Shown: positions 1 to 10,165, counted from the first letter of the stretch. The stretch is 64,000 bases of DNA from an uncultured Nannocystaceae bacterium (GCA_964402225.1 CAYOBQ010000018.1:9290-73289); one strand, 5' to 3'. Notes: generated by a model from the letters alone, not told the origin. A program made the numbers and translations.

Positions 1-1637
1 GCGTAGCGAGCAGCGCCGGGGATCTCCAGACGGAAGAGCTGGTCTGGGCCCGGCGCGTCCCCCCGGCAATTGCTCCGCTCGTAATCGTCCGCGAGGCGGC
101 CGGTGTTCCCCGATCCGACGGCCTCGGGGGTGAGCAGCGGCGCCGTCTCGCAGGTGTCGCCGCCGCAGGCCTCGCCCTCGTCGATGGCCCCATCGCAGTC
201 GTCGTCTTCGCCGTCACAGGTCTCGGGCCCCGACGCGTCCGAGCGCCCCCCAGGGGCGGTGCTACAGCGCACGCCGCCCACCTCGTCGCACTCCCGCAGG
301 CCCTCGCCGCAGATCCCCAGGCCCACGCACGCGGCGCCCTTGTCGAGCCCCTCGTCTGTGGCCCCGTCGCAGTCGTCGTCCGCGTCGTTGCAAGCCTCCT
401 CGGCGGATTGGTCGGCCGTGCCGCCGGGGCCCGTCGCGCACACGACCTCGCCGCCCTCGCCGCACTCGTAGACGTCCGCCCCGCAGATCCCGACGGCGGG
501 GCAGGCGTCGCCGATGACGCGCCCCGAGTCCTGGGAGCCCCCGACGTCGGTGCTGCACCGGATCTCACCCTCCGGCGTGCACTCCGTGCGCCCCTCGCCG
601 CAGCCGGCGATCCCTTCGCAGGCCACGCCCACCTCGAAGCCCTCGTCGACGGCGCCGTCACAGTCGTCGTCCGATCCGTTGCACGCCTCTTCACCGGCCT
701 CGTCCGCCGAGCCCCCGGGCTCGGTGCTGCAGATCCGGCCCAGCTCCAGGTCGCACTCGAAGAGCCCCGCGCCGCAGATCCCAGCGCCTTCGCAGGCGTC
801 GCCGAGCCCGAACCCCTCGTCGACCGTGCCGTCGCAGTCGTCGTCCCGCTCGTTGCAGACCTCCGGCGCGGGCTCGCTCGCGCTCCCCCCGGGATCGGTG
901 GAGCAGACCAGCCGCGCGTCCGCGTCGCACTCCCGGGCGCCGGGGCCGCACCGCCCCACGCAGTCCTCGCCGACACCCAGCCCCTCGTCGGTGACGCCGT
1001 CGCAGTCGTCGTCGGCGCCGTTGCAACGCTCCACGCCGGCCTCATCGTCGCGCCCCCCCGGCTCGGTGGAGCAGCGGGTGGCGACGGGGCTCCTGCACTC
1101 GACGGTGCCGGCGCCGCAGGCCCCCACGCCATCGCACTCGGCGCCGACGCCGAAGCCGTCGTCTATCTCGCCGTTGCAGTCGTCGTCGGCGCCGTTGCAG
1201 ATCTCGTCCCGCGGCTCCACGGACCCCTCGCAGGGCCCCCACTCGGCGGCGTCGGTACACGTCTGGAGGCCAGCTCGGCACAGCCCGACGTTTCGCCCGC
1301 AGTCCTGGACTTCGCCAGGGGCGCAGGGACCGACGGGGGCGTCCGGCGATGGGCCGTCGGTGCGCTCGCCCGAGTCCGAGGGCGCGGCGTCTGGCGCGGC
1401 GTCGGTGGGGAACGCGGCGTCCTCGACGTCGATCAGCGCGTCGGGGGCCGCGTCCGCCTCGAGGGGCACGTCGCCACCGGCGTCGGTTGGTCGAGTCGTG
1501 CACCCGCCAGCGACGCAGACGAACCCCCGCGCGCAGTCGCCGTCGACCTCGCACCCCACGCGGGGCGGGTCCGCCGGATCTCCGCCCCCGCTGGCACAGC
1601 CGAGGGCCACCGCCGCGACCACCACGCAAATACGCAT
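1..1637 (-). CDS. Secreted lipoprotein with tandem cysteine-rich 'CxxxDDDCDGxxDE' (MopE-like putative metal/Ca-binding) repeats. 5' portion only; the gene runs off the window start.
   Basis: The reverse-strand translation starts at ATG (plus 'cat' ~1635-1637) as MRICVVVAAVALGCASGGG, a lipobox-type signal peptide. Further in, the same frame (e.g. plus 130-230) reads GPETCDGEDDDCDGAIDEGEACGG, which matches the repeat unit seen at 54.3-54.9 kb. The gene is missing from the ORF track because it is open to the window edge. The overlapping plus-strand ORFs 408..1646 and 514..2049 are low-complexity antisense artefacts. Confidence 0.6.
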   Translation of the reverse strand, partial: MRICVVVAAVALGCASGGGDPADPPRVGCEVDGDCARGFVCVAGGCTTRPTDAGGDVPLEADAAPDALIDVEDAAFPTDAAPDAAPSDSGERTDGPSPDAPVGPCAPGEVQDCGRNVGLCRAGLQTCTDAAEWGPCEGSVEPRDEICNGADDDCNGEIDDGFGVGAECDGVGACGAGTVECRSPVATRCSTEPGGRDDEAGVERCNGADDDCDGVTDEGLGVGEDCVGRCGPGARECDADARLVCSTDPGGSASEPAPEVCNERDDDCDGTVDEGFGLGDACEGAGICGAGLFECDLELGRICSTEPGGSADEAGEEACNGSDDDCDGAVDEGFEVGVACEGIAGCGEGRTECTPEGEIRCSTDVGGSQDSGRVIGDACPAVGICGADVYECGEGGEVVCATGPGGTADQSAEEACNDADDDCDGATDEGLDKGAACVGLGICGEGLRECDEVGGVRCSTAPGGRSDASGPETCDGEDDDCDGAIDEGEACGGDTCETAPLLTPEAVGSGNTGRLADDYERSNCRGDAPGPDQLFRLEIPGAARY

Positions 1638-1781
1638 GAGCCTTGATAGCAGAAAAAGGGGGCTCCCCCGATCTCGGTACCTCCGTTCGCGAACTACGAA
1701 ACGAGGTTCCGGGGTGACTATCGGCACCGCAGAAACCGCCTCCCGCCCCGCGCGCGTCGGCCGCGCTTCGCCGAGCGGGTC

Positions 1782-3021
1782 GTGGCGCCGCGGATCGAGA
1801 TGTTCGAGATCTGGGCGCCCGAGACGCGTAGGGCGCGCAACGCGCGCGGCTTCTTCGACTTCGAGCTCCCGGCGACCCTCGCCGATGACTGCCTGGGGCC
1901 ACCCCAGGAGCAGGTCTGGCGGCTGCGCTACCGGATCGCGCGGGCACCCGCTGGCGTCTCCCGCTTGCGCATCTGCCAGACGCGGGACGGCGCACGGACC
2001 TGCTTCCTCGATCAGCTCGCGCCGGCGGGTCGGCCCTGGCGCGAGGTGAGGTTCGACGACGACGTCGCCCCGCCGCCGCTGGACCCGGTGGCCAACGACG
2101 CGGAGCGGGCGCCGGTGATCCGCTACGAGCTGACGGCCTGGTCCGCGCGTGGCCCCAGCAGCCGCCGGATCCTGGAGCGCCACCTGGCGCTGTTCCCCCA
2201 CGCGCAGATCACCGACGAGGGGCACGTCGCGGGCCCCAACCCCAACTCGGGGCGTGGCTTCTACGGGCGCCCCACGAGGGGCGCCTGTGCGCCGCCGGTC
2301 TCCTCACGGACCGAGAGTGGGCCGGCTTCCAGGGGGCCGGGATGCCGGTGGGCCTCATCGCGCGCGCACCACGGGTGGGCGTCTGCCAGCTCGAGACCAA
2401 GGCGATCCGCGCGGACTCGGTCTCGACCCGGCTCTACGACCCCGCCGACTACCCGCGCACCCCGCCCCCATCCGTCGCCTGCGGGCGCGGGGTCCCCGGG
2501 GGGGGCGGCGGCGCGGTCGTTGGCGGCGGCGGTCGCGGCGAGGTCCCCCGCGACCGGGCGGAGGCCTGCGTCCTTGTCGGATCGACGGTGACTGCGCCCC
2601 CGGGACTGTCTGCGGCCGCGGGGAGCGCCCCGGGTGTGACCCCCGCACCGGGGAAGCCTGCGGCGTCTGCCGGACGATCGAGTCCTGGCCCGGTCATCCA
2701 TGCGACCACAAGCCCAGCTACTGCTGGGAGCCCAAGGCGGACATCGACGCCGAGGCGCCCTGGGACAACGTCGACATCTGCATCGCCAACGAGTGCGAGC
2801 CGTCCTGCCCCGGCGAGTGTGGGCACGACGGCTGCGGCGGGAGCTGCGGCGTCTGCGATGAGGGCGAGCGCTGCGCGGGGCTCCCCGGGGAGCCGACCAG
2901 CGGTGAGTGCCTGCCCGACGCGTGCGTCACCGACGAGGAGTGCTGCCCCCTGGACGACGAGGCCTGCAGCTTCCTCGGCCACCGCCGCTGCGTTGGCGGC
3001 CACTGTAGCGGGACGTTCTAG
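1782..3021 (+). pseudogene. Composite or frameshifted gene. The N-terminal ~170 aa are in frame 0. A cysteine-rich C-terminal domain lies in another frame and ends ...HRRCVGGHCSGTF.
   Basis: ORF 1782..2591 begins with a complex sequence (MAPRIEMFEIWAPE...LTAWSARGP) and then degenerates into Arg/Pro-rich junk. ORF 2149..3021 is junk at first and then becomes a convincing Cys-rich domain (PCRIDGDCAPGTVCG...CPGECGHDGCGGSCGVCDEGERC...). A third frame (2342..) looks protein-like in between. This suggests at least two frame changes between about 2250 and 2580. Confidence 0.35.
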
Positions 3022-3023
3022 AT

Positions 3024-3680
3024 TCAGGCGCGATCGAGGACCCAGGCGCCGCGCGTGTTTGTGTAGGGGTCCTCGCTCACCTCCGCGGGACGCCCTCGGA
3101 CCACGTACCAGGGGGCGCTCTCGCTGGCGCGGTAGCGCTCGCCCTCCACCGGGAGCTCGCCGTCGCAGACCATGCGCGCGGCGAGCCCGAAGGCCGCTGC
3201 CTGGGCGGGGCCGGCGTCCGCGGCGTCGTAGGGGACGGCGACATCCGGCAGGTCGAAGGCCTGCATCCCCTCCGTACAGACCTCCGTGTCGTCGCCCCAC
3301 ACCTCGACGAAGAGGTGGAAGAGGGCCACCGCGTCGTCGGGGGCGATCCCGCTCAGCGCCCCGGCGCCGAAGACCTTCACGGCGGTCTCGACATAGGCGC
3401 CCACCGCGCCAGCCTCGAAGGCGTCGATGAGCAGCCGCGCCACCTGCGTCGCGGGGCCGAGATCCCCTGGCCCCTCGAACTCGGCGGCGGCCTGGAGGAC
3501 AGCGCGGTGGCGGTGGATGGCGCTGACATCGCGGTCGTCGATGACCTGGGCCCTTCGCCCGATGGACTCGAAGGCCGCCGCGAGCTCGGGATCGGCGGGG
3601 CCGAACTCGAGGGGCACATCGGAGTCGATGGCGGGTGGCTCACGCCACGGGCCGGCGATGCTGATCAGGATGCGACCCAT
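3024..3680 (-). CDS. Hypothetical protein, 218 aa.
   Basis: The ORF has balanced amino-acid composition and GC-rich third codon positions. It starts 4 nt after the stop of the small upstream lipoprotein ORF, which is an operon-like arrangement. Confidence 0.55.
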   Translation of the reverse strand: MGRILISIAGPWREPPAIDSDVPLEFGPADPELAAAFESIGRRAQVIDDRDVSAIHRHRAVLQAAAEFEGPGDLGPATQVARLLIDAFEAGAVGAYVETAVKVFGAGALSGIAPDDAVALFHLFVEVWGDDTEVCTEGMQAFDLPDVAVPYDAADAGPAQAAAFGLAARMVCDGELPVEGERYRASESAPWYVVRGRPAEVSEDPYTNTRGAWVLDRA

Positions 3681-3683
3681 GGC

Positions 3684-3902
3684 TCAGGGCTCTCCTTCGG
3701 TGTCGGGTCCCGCGTCGGGCGGGGGCTGGGGATCGACGAGGACGCACCACTTCTCGGGGCTGCACGCGGCGCGCGGGCCGAGATCGGCGCAGTCGGCGCG
3801 GGTCTCGCACTCCGTCCGCTCGAGGTCGGGGTCGCAGGAGAGGAGCGCGGCGGCGAGGACGAGGGCGCGGATCACGGGCCGTATGATACTCCTCTCAGGC
3901 AT
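3684..3902 (-). CDS. Small secreted lipoprotein, ~72 aa.
   Basis: The internal start reads MPERSIIRPVIRALVLAAALLSC|DPD (signal peptide plus lipobox) and is followed by a Cys-containing mature region. The longer ORF 3684..4031 is probably an upstream extension. The start codon shares the sequence CATG with the divergent gpmI start, so confidence is reduced. Confidence 0.4.
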   Translation of the reverse strand: MPERSIIRPVIRALVLAAALLSCDPDLERTECETRADCADLGPRAACSPEKWCVLVDPQPPPDAGPDTEGEP

Positions 3903-5517
3903 GAACGGGTGGACCTTGGAGCGCGGGCGCGTCGAGCCGGTCACCGGCCCGGTGCTCGTGGTGGTGATGGACGGCGTCGGGCTTGGCCCCGCCGAGGAGG
4001 GCAACGCCGTCTGGCAAGCGCGAACGCCCACCCTGGATGGGCTCTTCGAGCGCTACGGTTGTCTCCCGCTGGCGGCCCACGGTCGCGCCGTCGGGCTCCC
4101 GAGCGACAAGGACATGGGCAACAGCGAGGTGGGCCACAACGCCCTCGGGGCCGGTCGCGTCTTCGAGCAGGGCGCGTCGCTGGTCGCCGGCGCCATCGCC
4201 TCGGGCGCGCTCTTCGAGAGCGAGACCTGGAGGTGGCTGGTCGGTGGCTGTGTCGAGTCCGGCGAGCCGATGCACTTCGTGGGGCTGCTCAGCGACGGCA
4301 ACGTGCACAGCCACGAGCAGCATCTGCACGCGATGTTGCGGCGTGCCGCCCAGGACGGCGTCCCGGCTTCGCGGGTCCACATCTTGCTCGACGGGCGCGA
4401 CGTGGGCGTGACGACGGCGTTGACCTATGTGGAGCGGCTCGAGGGGGTGATCGCCGAGCTGAAGGCCACCGGCCACGACGCCCGAATCGCCAGCGGCGGC
4501 GGGCGGATGAAGGTCACGATGGACCGCTACGAGGCCGAGTGGAGCATGGTCGAGCGCGGTTGGCGATTGCACGTACGTGGCGAGGGGCGCCGCTTCGCCA
4601 GCGCCGAGGCGGCCATCCGCACCTTGCGCGACGAGACGCCGGGCATCTCCGACCAGGTCTTGCCGGGCTTCGTGATCGCCGACACCGATGGGCCCGTCGG
4701 CCCCATCCGGGACGGCGCGAGCGTGGTCCTCTTCAACTTCCGGGGCGACCGAGCCATCGAGCTCACGCGCGCCTTCGAGGACCCCGAGCTCGACGCCTTC
4801 GACCGCGGCCCGGTGCCCACCGTGCGCTACGCCGGGATGATGCAGTACGACGGTGACCTCAACCTCCCCGCGCGCTACCTGGTGACCCCGCCGGCCATCG
4901 ACCACACGCTCGCATCGCTCCTCGCCCACGAGGGCGTGAGCCAGTTCGCGTGCAGCGAGACCCAGAAGTTCGGCCACGTGACGTACTTCTGGAACGGGAA
5001 TCGGTCCGGCCGCTTCGGCGAGCGCGAGCTCTACGTGGAGATCCCCAGCGACGTCGTGCCCTTCGAGCAGCGTCCGTGGATGAAGGCCGCCGAGATCGTC
5101 GACGCGACCCTCGCCGCCTTGCGCACCGGGGCGATCCGCCACGGGCGAATCAACTTCGCCAACGGCGACATGGTCGGCCACACGGGGGATCTGCGGGCGT
5201 CGATCCTCGCCGTGGAGGCCGTCGACCTCGCGCTGGAGCGGCTGCTCGCGGGCGTCGCCGAGCTGGATGGGGTGGCGCTGGTCACCGCGGACCATGGCAA
5301 CGCCGATGAGATGTACCAGCGAGGCGCTGGCGTTGAGCGGGCGCCGCGCACGAGCCACACGACCAACCCGGTGCCGCTGAGCCTCTTCGACCCGCGGGGT
5401 CGAGCGAGTCTGTCCGACGCCGTGGAGCGGCCGGGGCTCGCGAACGTGGCTTCGACCGTGCTCGAGCTTCTGGGCTATGCGCCGCCCGAAGACTACGAGC
5501 CTTCGCTGTTGGCTTGA
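3901..5517 (+). CDS. gpmI: 2,3-bisphosphoglycerate-independent phosphoglycerate mutase.
   Basis: It begins MNGWTLERGRVEPVTGPVLVVVMDGVGLG and contains the SDGNVHSH motif, a Mn-binding core and the C-terminal ADHGNADEM block. The product is 538 aa. The ORF-track entry 3427..5517 includes a spurious 5' extension. Confidence 0.93.
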   Translation: MNGWTLERGRVEPVTGPVLVVVMDGVGLGPAEEGNAVWQARTPTLDGLFERYGCLPLAAHGRAVGLPSDKDMGNSEVGHNALGAGRVFEQGASLVAGAIASGALFESETWRWLVGGCVESGEPMHFVGLLSDGNVHSHEQHLHAMLRRAAQDGVPASRVHILLDGRDVGVTTALTYVERLEGVIAELKATGHDARIASGGGRMKVTMDRYEAEWSMVERGWRLHVRGEGRRFASAEAAIRTLRDETPGISDQVLPGFVIADTDGPVGPIRDGASVVLFNFRGDRAIELTRAFEDPELDAFDRGPVPTVRYAGMMQYDGDLNLPARYLVTPPAIDHTLASLLAHEGVSQFACSETQKFGHVTYFWNGNRSGRFGERELYVEIPSDVVPFEQRPWMKAAEIVDATLAALRTGAIRHGRINFANGDMVGHTGDLRASILAVEAVDLALERLLAGVAELDGVALVTADHGNADEMYQRGAGVERAPRTSHTTNPVPLSLFDPRGRASLSDAVERPGLANVASTVLELLGYAPPEDYEPSLLA

Positions 5518-7190
5518 GAGCGCTACCACTGCTGGTGCTGCTGACGGGCTGCCCCGGTGGCGGCGAGGGCCCCAGCTTCGTGGTGTCCGGCGACGGCGGT
5601 CCGCCGATCCCGCGCATCGGCCGGATCTCCATCGAGGTGCAGACCGCCTGCGCGACCCCCGTCGTCTTCCCCGGCGAGGCGGCCCCGGTGTTGGTGCGCA
5701 GCCCGGCGGTGCAGGGCAGCGAGATGATCGCCCGCGTCGTGGAGGGGCCCGGGGCGCTGGTCGAGGCCGAGGTCGACACCGCGCGTCGTCCGCTCATCTC
5801 CGGCGCCGCTCGGTTCAACCTGGAGTGCGGCGGCTTCGGCGTCGTCCGGCTCTTCGCCCGCGACGCGGAGGGCCGCACCACGACCTCCGACGCCATCCTC
5901 TGCGCGCGCCCCTCGGGCTACGACCGCGCGTGCCGGTCCGCGGTGCCCCCGCGACCCCTGGGGGAGTGGCGCATCGAGCAGTTCTCGCCCACCGGGGCGC
6001 GTGGGCGTCGGCTGGCCCCCGCCGGGCAGGGGGCCGGCACCCTCACGGACCGAAAACCGCTGGCGCTGCGCCTCGTCTTCGAGGGGGGCGTGCGGCCGGC
6101 GACGACGGGCCGAATCGCGGTGGAGATCGAGCCCGGTGGCCCGGAGGGCGTCACCGTGGTGCCCGACGCCCAGGCCACCGATCTGGGGACCGGCGAGGCG
6201 GTCTTCGACCTCGCCGCGGGCTCGGCGAGCGGCGCCTTCGTCCTGCGCTACACCGCCGATCTCGACGGCGGGAGGCGGACGCTCTCAAGTGAGCCCTTCG
6301 TGGTGACGGCGCCGCCGGCGGTGGGGGCCGAGATCGCTTGCGAACGAGGAGACCGGCCCCTGGCCGCCTTCGACAGCCGAGGGGGACTCGTCGACGGTGG
6401 CGCCGCGGCGATCTGCACCCTGCGGGCGCGCGCCGACCAGGGACCGCCGGTGGAGGGCACGCGCTTCTGGATCTTGAGCGAGGCGGGGGTGGTCGTCCCC
6501 GGTCGGGGTCGCCTCGGCCCGGGGGGCGAGGTCGAGTTCAGCGTCGCCGTCGGGGGCCGGCCGCCCGTCGACGCGGCGCCGCCGGGCCCCAGCCCGCTCG
6601 ACGGGGTGGTCACGGTCGTCGGCGTCGTCGAGGGGGCGGAGGTGGAGGACGGTGAGGAGCCCTACGTCGACGCGGACGACGACGGTGAGCACGGACCCGG
6701 GGAGTCCTTCCTCGACACCGACGGCGATGGCGCCTGGAGCGCCGCGAACGGGGTCTCCGACGAGGTCACGTTGCACTGGGCCCAGACGCGCCTGCGTTGG
6801 GTGGGCCCCATCGCCGACGCCCCGGCGACCCTCGGGCTCGCCTGCCTCCCGCCGGATTGCAGCCCCACACCGGTAGCCGGCGTGCACGACGCCTGCCCCG
6901 ACGGTGCCCACGCCTACCTGCTGCCGGGGGCGGTCGTCGAGGGCAGCGCCCGCCCCGCCGATCGCAACGGTCAATGCACGACCGAGGCCGGCGTCGCGAC
7001 CCTCTTCATCACCCCCGACGCGGCGGCCACGGTGACCGAGGTAGACGTACCACTGGGCCCGTGCGGCCCCGCCGGGCTACGCCCCACGCCCTTCACGCTG
7101 CGCCTGAAGCGCGCGGCGCCGGGCCCGTTCGTGCTGGGGCTGGGGCTGCCCGACGGCGGCTTGGTCGAGCGCACGCTGTGCGCGCCCTGA
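5514..7190 (+). CDS. Lipoprotein of unknown function, probably with Ig-like beta-sandwich repeats.
   Basis: A TTG start overlaps the gpmI stop. The N-terminus RALPLLVLLTGC|PGGG is a lipobox signal. The mature region has a non-repetitive composition. Confidence 0.55.
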   Translation: MRALPLLVLLTGCPGGGEGPSFVVSGDGGPPIPRIGRISIEVQTACATPVVFPGEAAPVLVRSPAVQGSEMIARVVEGPGALVEAEVDTARRPLISGAARFNLECGGFGVVRLFARDAEGRTTTSDAILCARPSGYDRACRSAVPPRPLGEWRIEQFSPTGARGRRLAPAGQGAGTLTDRKPLALRLVFEGGVRPATTGRIAVEIEPGGPEGVTVVPDAQATDLGTGEAVFDLAAGSASGAFVLRYTADLDGGRRTLSSEPFVVTAPPAVGAEIACERGDRPLAAFDSRGGLVDGGAAAICTLRARADQGPPVEGTRFWILSEAGVVVPGRGRLGPGGEVEFSVAVGGRPPVDAAPPGPSPLDGVVTVVGVVEGAEVEDGEEPYVDADDDGEHGPGESFLDTDGDGAWSAANGVSDEVTLHWAQTRLRWVGPIADAPATLGLACLPPDCSPTPVAGVHDACPDGAHAYLLPGAVVEGSARPADRNGQCTTEAGVATLFITPDAAATVTEVDVPLGPCGPAGLRPTPFTLRLKRAAPGPFVLGLGLPDGGLVERTLCAP

Positions 7191-7198
7191 AGCCGCGC

Positions 7199-10165
7199 TC
7201 AGATCGACTGGAGCGCCTGGAGGGCTCGGTCGAGGTAGTAGCCGGCGCGGTGGCAGGCGCGGGCGCCGTAGCGTTCGTAGCCCAGGGCCCGTTGGGTGTA
7301 GGCCAGCGCGGTCTGGAGGGCGCGCGGCGCCTCGCGGTCCTCGAGCAAGCGCCGTAGCAGGGCCTCGGCGTCGCGGAGGAGGTCGTAGGCCCGCGCGTCG
7401 CTTCGCGTGCACAACAAACGCCGTGCCTCCGACTCGAGGTCGATGACGTCGCGGTGGTCCGGGTCGTCGCTCGGGTCGGGTCCGTCGATCACCACGAAGG
7501 TGGTGCTGGTGGAGCGCTGGAAGCGAGGGACGTCGACGTCGGGCCGCAGGGGGCCCTCGAAGACGGACTCTCCAGCGGCGGGGCGGGCGAGGCCGACGTC
7601 CAGATCGAGGGTGACCTCGTAGAGGCCCTGGCCGGCGTAGGCGTCGAAGGCAGTCTGCCAGGCGCCGGTCTGTGGGTCCTGGGCGAGCTCGAGGCTGACG
7701 ACTGAGCCGTCGGGGCGGCGCACCCGGGCGCCGATGCTCACGTCACCCTCGATGGAGGTCACGAAGCTCGGCTGGGCGGAGAGACGCACCGGCGCGCTCA
7801 CCGAGGCGAGGACCGGGTGGGCGTCTCCGAACAGGTCGGGGCCGGGGTTGGCGACGTGGGCGAGGAGCACGGTCTCCTGCTCGCCGGGGGCGATGGGCAG
7901 CGCACGGAAGGTCCAGTTGCCGGGGACCGGGTCGGGGATGCGGACGAAGTACCAGCCGTCACCCGCGGAGACGAGGGGCGAGGACTTGGTCAGGTAGCTC
8001 CCGTCGGGGCCCCAGAGCTCGAAGCCCGTGTGCCACGTGTCGAGGCGCGCGTTGGCCCCCGAGAGGAAGACCGTGAGCCCCTCGGCGCCGAGCTCGACGG
8101 GGATGTCGAAGTCGACGAAGGGCTGGACCTCCTCCAGGTCGCCGTGGTTCTGCGGGCGCGCGCTGCGCTCCATCGTGAAGCGGGTGCGCGGCACGACGAG
8201 GGCCTCGCCGCCCTGGCGCACGGCCAGCTCGGCGTAGACGGCGGGGAGCTCGTCCACCTTGGCCTGGCCGAGGTTGTCCCCCCCCGTCTCCTTGGCGATG
8301 TCGGCGAGGAGCGCCTCGTCTACGTCGGCTCCGGCGGGCAGCGTGAAGACGCGGACTCCGGCGTCGTCGAGGGTCTGGGCAGCCTCCTCCGGATCGGTGC
8401 CGGCGTTGTTCTCCCCGTCGGAGAGGAGGAAGGCCGTCTGGCTCTTGGCGTCGTCGCCGTTGAGCGCGAACTCGGCGAGCGCCTCGAGCAGCCCGTCGCC
8501 GATGGCGGTGGAGTTGCCGGGCACGAGGCTGTCGATGTCGGCGTGGAAGGCCCCGATGTTGGCCGCGTTGAGCGGCGCGAGGGCGCGGACGACGCCCGCC
8601 ACGTCGTCGAAGGCCACCAGGCCCACGTCCAGGCCTTGGGCGACCTGTAGCTCGATGTAGGCGTGGGCCCCCGCCTGGGCGAAGACCATCCGCGGATCAG
8701 CGCAGCTCGACTCGTCGATGGTGCCGTCGCCGTCGTCGTCGGCGCCGTTGCCGCAGATCTCGTCCTCCGCCGGATCGCTGGACCAGGCCATGCTCCCGGA
8801 TCGGTCGATGACCAGCATCGCCTGGTCGGTGCCCTCGAGCTTCTCGTCGAAGTCCGGCGGGTTGTTGCAGTCCGCGGGGGCCGCCGCGACGGGCAGGCCG
8901 GCGGGCATCACGAGGAAGCCGTAGTTCTCGACCAGCGTGGCCCAGTCGGAGTCGCCGTCGTGGATCTGCGACTGCTGGGTGCTCTCCCAGCGCTGGGAGC
9001 CGGTGTTCCACCAGTCCGCGCAGTTCGGCTCGGTGCAGACGACTACGCCGTCGGCAAGGATGTCCGCGCTGGGGTTCCAGGTGTTGGGCGACGTGGCCGT
9101 GAACTGCATCGCGATGACCAGGTCGGACCCGCCGCTGGCGAGGTTGGGGATGTCGAGGACGGGCGGCGTCTCGTCGACGCCGGTGAGCGCGCCGCCCGCG
9201 GCGAAGGAGAGCACCCACTGGTCGAGGACCTGCATCGTGCCGGGCGTCGCGCCGATGTCGAAGCCGTCCACGGCGGCGATCACCGTCCATTGCAGGGGCG
9301 CGGTGTGGTTCGCGAAGAGCACGACCTGCGAGGCGACGGCCCCGTTGTCGTCGACGACGGTCGTCGCGCGGGCGAACTGCCACGTCGCGAACGCGGTGTC
9401 CCAGTCGGTGGGATCGAGCGGTTGAATCACCGCCGCCTGGGGCCATTGCCCACCGAGGGTGAGGTTGGCGGTGGCGGCGGGGGCCGGGCAGACCAGCGAG
9501 TCGCCCTGGACGAGGTCGTGGTTGGCGTCGACGCTGAGCTCGCTTTGCAGCACGGCCCGACAGTCGTTGGTGGAGCAGTCGGCGTCGCGCAGGCAGCGGT
9601 CACCGTCGTCGAGGCCGCCCACGCACTGCACGTAGCCGAGCTGCTGCATCAGGGAGTGGTTCTGCTCGTCCTCCGTTCCGGGGTCGAAGCCGAAGCCGAT
9701 GCCGCAGCGCCCCTGGGTGTGCTGCTCATCGTAGGACTCGCCGAGCCCGAAGGCGTGGTGACCCATCTCGTGGGCCAGCACGTCGGCCTGCGTCTGGGCG
9801 CCCAGGTAGATGTCCAGGTGGGCACCTTTCGTCTTCAAGGAGGAGCCGTCGGTGAACATGCTCCCGCCGGAGCGTCCGTCGACCGATTGGTACCAGAAGG
9901 CCGCGGCCTCCTCGCCCGCCGCCCCGGCCGTCAGCCGGATGTCGCCGACCCTGACCTGCCCGTCCGTCGCGTCGCAGAGGATCTCGCTCATCTGCGTGAG
10001 GGCGTCTTTGGCGTCGGTGAGCTGCTGGGCGGTGGGCGGGTATCGGAAGTTGACCTCGAAGTCGAGCTGGCCGGTGTCGGGATCGATGCTGCCGGTGCCC
10101 GCCTGGGCTCCGAGGGGGGCGCCGGCGAGGGCGAGGGAGAGGGCGATCTTTCTCATGGTGGACAT
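7199..10165 (-). CDS. Secreted zinc metalloprotease (HExxH) with an internal von Willebrand factor A (vWA/MIDAS) domain.
   Basis: The signal peptide is MSTMRKIALSLALAGAPLGAQA, with AAGGAAGG about 10 nt upstream. The motif VLAHEMGHHAFGLGESYDE is a zincin HExxH site. MLVIDRSGSM...FLLSDGENN is a DxSxS MIDAS motif. The C-terminal half is large. Confidence 0.8.
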   Translation of the reverse strand: MSTMRKIALSLALAGAPLGAQAGTGSIDPDTGQLDFEVNFRYPPTAQQLTDAKDALTQMSEILCDATDGQVRVGDIRLTAGAAGEEAAAFWYQSVDGRSGGSMFTDGSSLKTKGAHLDIYLGAQTQADVLAHEMGHHAFGLGESYDEQHTQGRCGIGFGFDPGTEDEQNHSLMQQLGYVQCVGGLDDGDRCLRDADCSTNDCRAVLQSELSVDANHDLVQGDSLVCPAPAATANLTLGGQWPQAAVIQPLDPTDWDTAFATWQFARATTVVDDNGAVASQVVLFANHTAPLQWTVIAAVDGFDIGATPGTMQVLDQWVLSFAAGGALTGVDETPPVLDIPNLASGGSDLVIAMQFTATSPNTWNPSADILADGVVVCTEPNCADWWNTGSQRWESTQQSQIHDGDSDWATLVENYGFLVMPAGLPVAAAPADCNNPPDFDEKLEGTDQAMLVIDRSGSMAWSSDPAEDEICGNGADDDGDGTIDESSCADPRMVFAQAGAHAYIELQVAQGLDVGLVAFDDVAGVVRALAPLNAANIGAFHADIDSLVPGNSTAIGDGLLEALAEFALNGDDAKSQTAFLLSDGENNAGTDPEEAAQTLDDAGVRVFTLPAGADVDEALLADIAKETGGDNLGQAKVDELPAVYAELAVRQGGEALVVPRTRFTMERSARPQNHGDLEEVQPFVDFDIPVELGAEGLTVFLSGANARLDTWHTGFELWGPDGSYLTKSSPLVSAGDGWYFVRIPDPVPGNWTFRALPIAPGEQETVLLAHVANPGPDLFGDAHPVLASVSAPVRLSAQPSFVTSIEGDVSIGARVRRPDGSVVSLELAQDPQTGAWQTAFDAYAGQGLYEVTLDLDVGLARPAAGESVFEGPLRPDVDVPRFQRSTSTTFVVIDGPDPSDDPDHRDVIDLESEARRLLCTRSDARAYDLLRDAEALLRRLLEDREAPRALQTALAYTQRALGYERYGARACHRAGYYLDRALQALQSI

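Noticed and set aside
1640-1700. GGGGGAGCCCCC followed by TTTTT, read on the minus strand, just upstream of the MopE gene start. A possible intrinsic terminator.
   Set aside because: The stem would be only 4-5 bp with a 2-4 nt loop. It sits in a 5' leader rather than after a gene. It is more likely a promoter-region feature and is too weak to call.
3427-3900. 5' extension of the gpmI ORF in the ORF track (MSSRATCVAGPRSPG...).
   Set aside because: It is low-complexity and antisense to the 218-aa and lipoprotein ORFs. The conserved phosphoglycerate mutase N-terminus begins at the ATG at 3901.
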